A stretch of 14,555 nt of DNA from Promethearchaeota archaeon (GTDB lineage Archaea; Asgardarchaeota; Lokiarchaeia; Sigyniarchaeales; SOKP01), in assembly GCA_048938445.1 (NCBI GenBank), contig JBHLME010000114.1, positions 1 to 14,555 of the forward strand. The letters are read 5' to 3'. Below, piece after piece: positions 8,509 through 14,555 of this stretch; position 1 is the first letter of the stretch, and each line of letters opens with the position of its first letter. The notes under the pieces were generated by a model that worked only from the letters and a program-made list of their open reading frames with translations, had not been told where the DNA came from and searched no databases. The position numbers and the translations under genes are program-made.

Positions 8509-8724
8509 TCAGTGTTCTAGTTCTGGATATTGCGTTTTTTTCTGCATTTTAAGGCAAAATGATCGTGGTAGAAGATGTTTTTCTTCCTGTATTAGAGCCA
8601 TTTTTGCTTTGAGACAGGTTTTCATTTCATCATATAGTTCACATGTATTGCAACAAAAACCAATGGGTTGCATTCCAACAATGGAACACAATTCAATATT
8701 ATCACAACTACAATCATTACACAT
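8509..8724 (-). CDS. Small Cys-rich protein (71 aa) with N-terminal 8-Cys module; paralog of 8211..8486
   Basis: Same Cys spacing. The protein sequence is conserved despite synonymous nucleotide differences, which supports real coding. Confidence 0.88.
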   Translation of the reverse strand: MCNDCSCDNIELCSIVGMQPIGFCCNTCELYDEMKTCLKAKMALIQEEKHLLPRSFCLKMQKKTQYPELEH

Positions 8725-8781
8725 TTTTTTTATTCACATCCGAAAAGAAAATGTTATTTTTCATAAAATTTTCTCTCCAAT

Positions 8782-8796
8782 AATTTATATTTCCAA
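8782..8796 (-). promoter_or_regulatory. Putative BRE+TATA promoter of the Cys-rich gene pair
   Basis: The minus strand reads CGAAAG-ATTTAAATA, ending 57 nt before the ATG at 8724. Confidence 0.5.
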
Positions 8797-9378
8797 ACTC
8801 ATATTTAAATCTTTCGTAAAAAATGATCAAGATGTGACATTTTTTCAATCTAAAATGTCGGATTCTGATAATATAATAGAAAAATGTTAGAGATTGATCA
8901 TAAATTCTTATATAAATTTATCTTTTTGTAGGAAATTGATCGAGAAATGATTAAATTGAGCATTGATGTTCGTTTTTCGAAAATTTATTTGTAAAAATTG
9001 CTAGTATCGATCATTTCAAAGTTGTTTAATGTTTATTCAGGATAAATCACAAATCATACAAAAATGTGAATTAGTTAAAATTTCCTTTTTTTTTCTTGGT
9101 TAAATTATTCAATTAATCTTAAAATATTAAACAAAAAAGGGAGTTAGAGTCTCCTTTCACTTATCTTATAAATGAAGAAACTCACAATTTATTTAATTTA
9201 AATTTAATAAATTAATACTTCTAAAATTTAATAAGACAACTTGAGGCAATAGTTTCAAAAAGAAACTAAATTATCTAATTTTTTTATAATTTATTGCACG
9301 TACGTATAATTATTTTGTTATTTAGTTCAATTATTGAAAATATTCCACTTTAAAATCGTAATAAAGGAGGTTAAAAAA

Positions 9379-9555
9379 ATGCAAAAAATGAAATGTAGCA
9401 GATGTGGGGATACTATTGAGACCATTCCCGTACATTGTGGTCATGACATGGTTTATAATGAAGAATCTAATTGTTGGGAATGTTATATGGGAGAAAAATG
9501 TGGTTATGTGCCATTAGATAAGCTCTTTTGTGCGAAATGTGCTGATCAATGTTAG
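9379..9555 (+). CDS. Small Cys/His-rich metal-binding-like protein (58 aa, 9 Cys)
   Basis: Strong RBS AAGGAGGT (9364-9371) places the start at ATG 9379, not the TTG at 9334. Sequence: MQKMKCSRCG...PVHCGHDM...CWECYMGEKCG...FCAKCADQC. Confidence 0.88.
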   Translation: MQKMKCSRCGDTIETIPVHCGHDMVYNEESNCWECYMGEKCGYVPLDKLFCAKCADQC

Positions 9556-9721
9556 AAAGTAATTTAAATTCTTATTTACCCTCCCATCAATTTAGAACTT
9601 AATTCATTATTAATGATTGTTTTTCTATTAGTTAAATTTAGGATCATTTAAAATAACAAAAAAAATCTATTTTTCCCATCAAGTTAATTGTTTTATTATT
9701 CACCATTTCTATCAATTTTTT

Positions 9722-9739
9722 ATTGATAATATTATCAAT
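9722..9739. promoter_or_regulatory. Perfect 18-bp palindrome ATTGATAATATTATCAAT (candidate operator)
   Basis: Read directly from the sequence; intergenic, upstream of hdrC. Confidence 0.4.
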
Positions 9740-9838
9740 TGACATTTTTTTTAAAAAAAAAAGGATATGTAAATTTGCATTTAATTGATATTAAATGGCT
9801 AAAATCGACATATTTAAGATAAAGTGATCACAAGATGT

Positions 9839-9856
9839 GGGTTTTTATAAAAACCC
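9839..9856. repeat. Perfect 18-bp palindrome GGGTTTTTATAAAAACCC (operator or hairpin core)
   Basis: Read directly from the sequence; extendable with G-U pairs on the + strand. Confidence 0.5.
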
Positions 9857-9996
9857 GCGATCGAAGTCACTCATTATTTCGTTTTTCGAAAAAAAATAAA
9901 TGATATATTTTCTTTTTTGGACATTTTATTTTAATTAGATAGAGAAATTTTTAAATATAATCAAGATGAATATATTCATAGTCTAATGAAATACAA

Positions 9997-10029
9997 TTTA
10001 TTGAGTATTATTTCAATAAACTTTAAATA
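9997..10029 (+). promoter_or_regulatory. Proximal hdrC promoter: inverted repeat TTTATTGA-N8-TCAATAAA next to TATA box TTTAAATA
   Basis: Inverted repeat at 9997-10020 and TATA at 10022-10029, centred about 26 nt before the ATG at 10052. No RBS is visible, consistent with a leaderless or short-leader transcript. Confidence 0.5.
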
Positions 10030-10051
10030 TTATACAACGAAGTAAAAAGAT

Positions 10052-10561
10052 ATGATGGATATGAGTGTCATAAATTTTGAATTTAGGAACGAAGTAATCA
10101 AGCATAATGCTTCTCTAAGTTACTGCTATCAATGTTCTACGTGTTCTGGTGGTTGCCCAGTCGCATTAATAACGGAAGGACGTTATAATCCAAGGAAAAT
10201 AATAGAAGAAGCAATTTTGGGTCTTGAAAAAAGGTTAGTTTCTGATCAAAATCCAAATGTATGGTTATGTTCGACTTGCCAAAAATGTGTGGAGTTATGT
10301 CCACAGAGAGTAGAACTTACTGAAATTTTTACTTTAATTAAAAACAGATGTTTTGAGGAGGGAAAGTGCCCTGATGCATTCTATTCACAAGGACAGGCAA
10401 TATTAGAAAATGGAGTTGCCATACCTTATTCTAAAGCGATTATTACGAGGCGTGAAAAGCTAGGACTTCCAGAAATAAAGACTGCACCTATTGATGAGAT
10501 AAAAGCAATAATACAGGCTACTGAATTCGATAAAAACATATCAAAGGGGGCGGGTAAATAA
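10052..10561 (+). CDS. hdrC: Heterodisulfide reductase subunit C
   Basis: Ferredoxin motifs CYQCSTCSGGCP and WLCSTCQKCVELCP; NPRKII; RREKLGLP. Overlaps the hdrB start by 1 nt. The start could also be 10055 or 10061. Confidence 0.93.
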   Translation: MMDMSVINFEFRNEVIKHNASLSYCYQCSTCSGGCPVALITEGRYNPRKIIEEAILGLEKRLVSDQNPNVWLCSTCQKCVELCPQRVELTEIFTLIKNRCFEEGKCPDAFYSQGQAILENGVAIPYSKAIITRREKLGLPEIKTAPIDEIKAIIQATEFDKNISKGAGK

Positions 10562-11436
10562 TGGAATTCGATTTATTCTTAGGTTGCGTGATTCCAGCCA
10601 GGTTACCATTTATAGAAGTATCTTCAAGGAAAATTTTTGAAAAGCTCGGTATTAAATTAAATGACGTTGATGGATTTAGTTGTTGTCCTGATCCTACAGG
10701 AGTAGAATTATTAGATCATGAAACATGGTTAGCTATGGGTGCCAGGAATTTAAGTCTTTGTAATAAGAATGGAGGAGTCATGTCATTTTGTTCTGGATGT
10801 GTTGAAACTTTGAAAGGTGTAAATCATGCGATCAATAAAGATGGATCTATCAAAAGCGATGTAAATGAAATTTTGAAGAAAGTTGGGAAAAATTATGATG
10901 GAAAAACTAAAGTCAGCCATTTTGCCCAGGTTCTTTACGAAAATCTCGATAAAGTGAAGGAAAATGTTGTTAAACCATTAGAAAATTTTAAAGTTGCAGT
11001 TCATTACGGTTGTCATTACTTAAGACCATCGGAAATCATCGAATGGGATGATCCATTTGAACCTCACACTATTGATGAAATAGTTGAGGCACTTGGAGCA
11101 GAATCAATAGATTATGATCTAAAGATAGAATGTTGTGGAAATCCTGTTGAGAAATCTGATAATGATTTATCATTACAAATGATAGATAATAAGTTGAAAG
11201 CAATTCAGGATTCAGGAGCTAATTGCGTAGCTTTGGTTTGTCCTGCTTGCTATCAACAATATGAATTTAATCAAAGAGAACTCAATAAAAGGAATGATTC
11301 TAATTATGAATTTCCAATATTTTATCTGTCTGAGTTGGTAGCATTAGCGTTTGGATTCAAACCGGAAGAATTAGGCTTTAATTTCCATAGAGTAAAGCCA
11401 AGCGTGTTATTTGAACAAATACAATTTTTTGAATAA
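10561..11436 (+). CDS. hdrB: Heterodisulfide reductase subunit B
   Basis: Two CCG domains: FLGCVIP...FSCCPDP...FCSGC and HYGCHYLRP...ECCGNP...CPACYQQYE. Confidence 0.95.
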   Translation: MEFDLFLGCVIPARLPFIEVSSRKIFEKLGIKLNDVDGFSCCPDPTGVELLDHETWLAMGARNLSLCNKNGGVMSFCSGCVETLKGVNHAINKDGSIKSDVNEILKKVGKNYDGKTKVSHFAQVLYENLDKVKENVVKPLENFKVAVHYGCHYLRPSEIIEWDDPFEPHTIDEIVEALGAESIDYDLKIECCGNPVEKSDNDLSLQMIDNKLKAIQDSGANCVALVCPACYQQYEFNQRELNKRNDSNYEFPIFYLSELVALAFGFKPEELGFNFHRVKPSVLFEQIQFFE

Positions 11437-11483
11437 AAAATTCTTTTTTAAAATAAGTATAAAATATTAAAATTTATGATTAA

Positions 11484-12803
11484 ATGGTGAAAGATTTGGT
11501 AAAGGCATTAAAAAGCGCCTTAGTAATTGGAGGTGGGATCGCAGGTATTCAAGCCGCCTTAGATTTAGCAGATATGGGCATTCATGTTGATATGGTTGAA
11601 AAAAAACCATGTATTGGAGGTCGTATGGCTCAATTAGATAAAACTTTTCCAACAAATGATTGTTCTATATGTATACTTGCTCCAAAGTTATCTGAATGTT
11701 ACAGGCATCCCAATATTAAAATTTATACCTATTCTGAAGTTAAAAATGTTGAAGGATCTGCTGGAAATTTCTCTGTAGAACTTTTAAAATATGCCCGCTA
11801 TGTAAAAGAGGATGAATGTATTAATTGTGGAATATGTGCTGAAAAATGTCCCATGCGCGTTGATGACGAGTTTGATCGTCAATTAAGGAAGCGAAAGGCA
11901 ATTTACATGTATTATCTTCAAGGAGTACCTGCAGTAATGACCATTGATAAAAATAAATGCTTATTCTTGACGAAAGATGCGTGTAGAATTTGCGAAAAGA
12001 ATTGTGATAGAGAAGCAATTGATTTTACTCAGAAAGATGAATTGATTACTTTAAACAATGTTGGCTCAATCATAGTTGCTGCAGGGTATAATTTAATAGA
12101 AGATGTTGAAAATGAAGTATTAAGAAATTATGGATATAAAAAGTATAGAAATGTTGTCACAGCTTTAGAATTTGAAAGAATGGAGTGTGCATCCGGTCCG
12201 CAAGAAGGTCATTTAAAAAGATTTTCTGATGGAAAATCACCTAAAAAAATTGCTTATCTCCAATGTATTGGTTCTCGAGATGATCGAAGCCATAAATATT
12301 GTTCATCTATATGTTGCATGTACACAACTAAAGAGGCCATGATTGCTTATGAACATAATAATGATTTAGAATCTTATATATTTTACATAGACATGAGAGC
12401 GGGTGGAAAAGGATTCCATTCATTTCTCAAAAGAGGAGCTGATGACTATAACATTAAGTATATTAAAAGCAAAGCAGCTCAAATTCAAATAGATAAAGAG
12501 GAAAATCCGGTTATAGTTTATGAGGATTTGGATAATGGAGAAATAAAACAATTAAAAGTAGATCTAGCCGTTTTAGCGACATGTATAATTCCACCTCAAG
12601 GTATTGAGAATTTAGCGAGTACATTGGGTATAGAATTAGATGAAAATAATTTTATAAAAACAGAGCCATTTTATCCTATTAATACGACTAAAGAGGGTAT
12701 TTATACATGTGGATGCGTGCATGAACCAATGGACATCCCGCGCTCCGTTGCTGAGGCGAGTGGGGCTGCAGCTAGAGCGGCGGAAATTATAAAAGGAGGG
12801 TGA
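11484..12803 (+). CDS. hdrA: Heterodisulfide reductase subunit A-like protein 1 (FAD domain plus inserted 2x[4Fe-4S] ferredoxin; no N-terminal or C-terminal Fe-S domain)
   Basis: Motifs ALVIGGGIAG, GGRMAQLDKTFPTNDCSICILAPK, CINCGICAEKCP, CRICEKNC and QCIGSR...YCSSICCMY. A possible alternative TTG start at 11496 follows GGTGA (11486-11490). Confidence 0.92.
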   Translation: MVKDLVKALKSALVIGGGIAGIQAALDLADMGIHVDMVEKKPCIGGRMAQLDKTFPTNDCSICILAPKLSECYRHPNIKIYTYSEVKNVEGSAGNFSVELLKYARYVKEDECINCGICAEKCPMRVDDEFDRQLRKRKAIYMYYLQGVPAVMTIDKNKCLFLTKDACRICEKNCDREAIDFTQKDELITLNNVGSIIVAAGYNLIEDVENEVLRNYGYKKYRNVVTALEFERMECASGPQEGHLKRFSDGKSPKKIAYLQCIGSRDDRSHKYCSSICCMYTTKEAMIAYEHNNDLESYIFYIDMRAGGKGFHSFLKRGADDYNIKYIKSKAAQIQIDKEENPVIVYEDLDNGEIKQLKVDLAVLATCIIPPQGIENLASTLGIELDENNFIKTEPFYPINTTKEGIYTCGCVHEPMDIPRSVAEASGAAARAAEIIKGG

Positions 12804-12812
12804 TGAAGAAAT

Positions 12813-14504
12813 ATGTCAGAAAATGAAGAAAGCGAAAATATACGAGTGGGAGTATTCATTTGCCATTGTGGTTCGAATATTGGTGGATTAATTGATTGTA
12901 AGGCGTTGGCCGAATATGCCGGAACGTTAACAAATGTTGTCCATAGTGAAGACAATATGTATACTTGTTCAGAAACAGGTTTAAATGCTATTAAGGAGGC
13001 AATTAAAAAGTATAATTTAAATAGAGTTGTTGTTGCATCATGTACTCCAAGAACTCATGAACCTTTATTTCGAGAGTGTATTTCAGAAGAAGGTTTAAAC
13101 GAATACTTGTTTAATTTTGTTAATATCAGAGATCAATGCACATGGGTTCATATGAAGAAACCTAACGAAGCTTATGAAAAATCGAAAGATTTAGTCAAAA
13201 TGGGTGTTGCTAAAGCCTCAAAACTTGAACCATTAGAAAAGATAAAAGTAAAAATTATACCTGTTGCTTTAGTAATTGGTGGAGGAGTTGCTGGAATGAG
13301 TTCTGCTCTCAGCTTGAGTAGGCAAGGATATAAAACCTATTTAGTTGAAAAAGATAAAAAATTAGGTGGAAGGTTAAATTCGCTCTATAAATTATTTCCT
13401 AATGATGTTGATGCTTCAGAGTTTATAGAAAGTATAATAACAAATGTTTATAACAATAAAAATTTGGAAGTTTTGAAATCATCTAAAGTTGTTAGTATTG
13501 ATGGTTTTGTTGGTAATTATGAAATAGAAATTGATCAAAATAGCAATATTTTAAATTTAAAAGTAGGAGCAATTGTAGTTGCAGTAGGTTCTTCGTTATT
13601 TATACCAGAACATCTCTATGGATATGATGGTAATAAAAGGATAACACAACAAGAATTAGAAATTAAATTAAAAAATGACGAAGTCAAAGAGCGAAACATT
13701 GTATTCATTCAATGCGTTGGATCTCGAATCGAAGAAAGAGCTTATTGTTCGAGCGTGTGCTGCATGACTGCTATAAAAAATGCATTAATCATTAAAGAAA
13801 AAATCCCTGAATCAAATGTTTCAATTCTATTTAGGGACTTATATACACCTGGAATTGATTATGAAGAATATTATAGAAGGGCTAGAGAAAAAGGAATTCT
13901 ATTTATAAAATATGATCTTGAAAGATTACCCTTGGTGGAAGAAAATGAAGTAAATGTATATAATGAATATATAGGAGAAGAAATGAAACTTCCTTATGAT
14001 CTTCTTGTTTTATCAACCCCATTGGTTGCTAATATTGACAATAAAGAACTAGCTCAAATGTTGAAAGTTCCCTTGGAATCAAATAATTTTTTCTTAGAAG
14101 CCCATGTTAAGTTACGTCCTATCGATTTTGCTACAGATGGTGTTTTTATTGGAGGATCAGCAAAATGGCCTGTAGATATTACTGAAGCAATAGCTCAAGG
14201 ATATGCTGCTGCATCGAGGGCAAGTACAATTTTATCTCATGAGACTATTGAAGTCGAAGGAGCTACTTCGAATCTTCCAGATTATAATAAAGCATTATGT
14301 TCTGGTTGTGAAGTTTGTATTAAAGTATGTCCGTATCACGCAATTATAAAAAATGAAAATGACGAAATAGAAATTATAGAGGCACTTTGCAAGGGATGCG
14401 GTGTGTGTGGAGCCACTTGTACTAATCAAGCAATAATAATAAAGCATTTTACAAATCCGCAAATATTATCTGAAATATACATGTTTGGAGATAAAGAAAT
14501 ATAA
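12813..14504 (+). CDS. hdrA: Heterodisulfide reductase subunit A-like protein 2 (N-terminal Fe-S domain, FAD domain and C-terminal ferredoxin)
   Basis: Motifs RVGVFICHCGSNIGG, VASCTPRTHEPLF, NIRDQCTWVH, ALVIGGGVAG, QCVGSR...YCSSVCC, EAHVKLRP, CSGCEVCIKVCP and CKGCGVCGATC. RBS GGAGGGTGA upstream. Confidence 0.93.
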   Translation: MSENEESENIRVGVFICHCGSNIGGLIDCKALAEYAGTLTNVVHSEDNMYTCSETGLNAIKEAIKKYNLNRVVVASCTPRTHEPLFRECISEEGLNEYLFNFVNIRDQCTWVHMKKPNEAYEKSKDLVKMGVAKASKLEPLEKIKVKIIPVALVIGGGVAGMSSALSLSRQGYKTYLVEKDKKLGGRLNSLYKLFPNDVDASEFIESIITNVYNNKNLEVLKSSKVVSIDGFVGNYEIEIDQNSNILNLKVGAIVVAVGSSLFIPEHLYGYDGNKRITQQELEIKLKNDEVKERNIVFIQCVGSRIEERAYCSSVCCMTAIKNALIIKEKIPESNVSILFRDLYTPGIDYEEYYRRAREKGILFIKYDLERLPLVEENEVNVYNEYIGEEMKLPYDLLVLSTPLVANIDNKELAQMLKVPLESNNFFLEAHVKLRPIDFATDGVFIGGSAKWPVDITEAIAQGYAAASRASTILSHETIEVEGATSNLPDYNKALCSGCEVCIKVCPYHAIIKNENDEIEIIEALCKGCGVCGATCTNQAIIIKHFTNPQILSEIYMFGDKEI

Positions 14505-14555
14505 TGAGTTTTGAACCGAGAATATTAGGATTTTTATGTAATTGGTGTTCATACG
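14504..14555 (+). CDS. mvhD: MvhD-like [2Fe-2S] hydrogenase subunit delta, 5' fragment
   Basis: TAATG overlap with the hdrA stop; translates as MSFEPRILGFLCNWCSY, the characteristic MvhD N-terminus. Confidence 0.88.
   Translation, partial: MSFEPRILGFLCNWCSY

Noticed and set aside
8487-8511. Possible UGA (Sec) readthrough fusing the two Cys-rich paralogs, with the 8167-8199 hairpin as SECIS
   Set aside because: The 22-nt gap puts the genes out of frame, the second gene has its own RBS, and the hairpin lacks a clear SECIS core.
8609-8890. Track ORF 8609..8890(+)
   Set aside because: Antisense to the conserved Cys-rich gene and runs across its promoter.
9334-9378. TTG start giving a 73-aa version of the Cys-rich ORF
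   Set aside because: The AAGGAGGT RBS lies inside this extension and points to ATG 9379.
11467-12955. Track ORFs 11467..11655, 11821..12018 and 12701..12955 (all - strand)
   Set aside because: Antisense shadows of hdrA.
1-14555. CRISPR array, tRNA/rRNA, IS or integrase, and methanogenesis inferred from hdrABC
   Set aside because: No regularly spaced repeats, GC-rich structured RNA or transposase motifs were seen. HdrABC-MvhD is widespread in non-methanogens, and no mcr/mtr genes are present in the window.

Overview
Strongly AT-rich window of probable archaeal origin. The evidence is GGTGAT/GGAGG ribosome-binding sites, BRE+TATA-type promoters and an hdrCBA-mvhD cluster; an Asgard/Lokiarchaeia-like source is an inference, not proven. 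On the left (- strand), a VAO/PCMH-type FAD oxidoreductase precedes an HdrD/GlcF-like CCG Fe-S protein that runs off the window edge and is missing from the ORF track; a probable RHH regulator lies divergent to them. The middle holds accessory genes: hypotheticals, a two-TM zinc-ribbon protein, an acyl-CoA thioesterase and an orphan SMI1/KNR4-like protein. Next come three tiny Cys-rich genes, two of them tandem paralogs sharing an 8-Cys module I do not recognise, set in intergenic DNA rich in palindromes and shared motifs. On the right (+ strand) lie hdrC, hdrB, two complementary hdrA genes and the start of mvhD. No rRNA, tRNA, CRISPR array or transposase was seen. The best novelty candidate is the Cys-rich microprotein cluster, which shares upstream motifs with the hdr operon.
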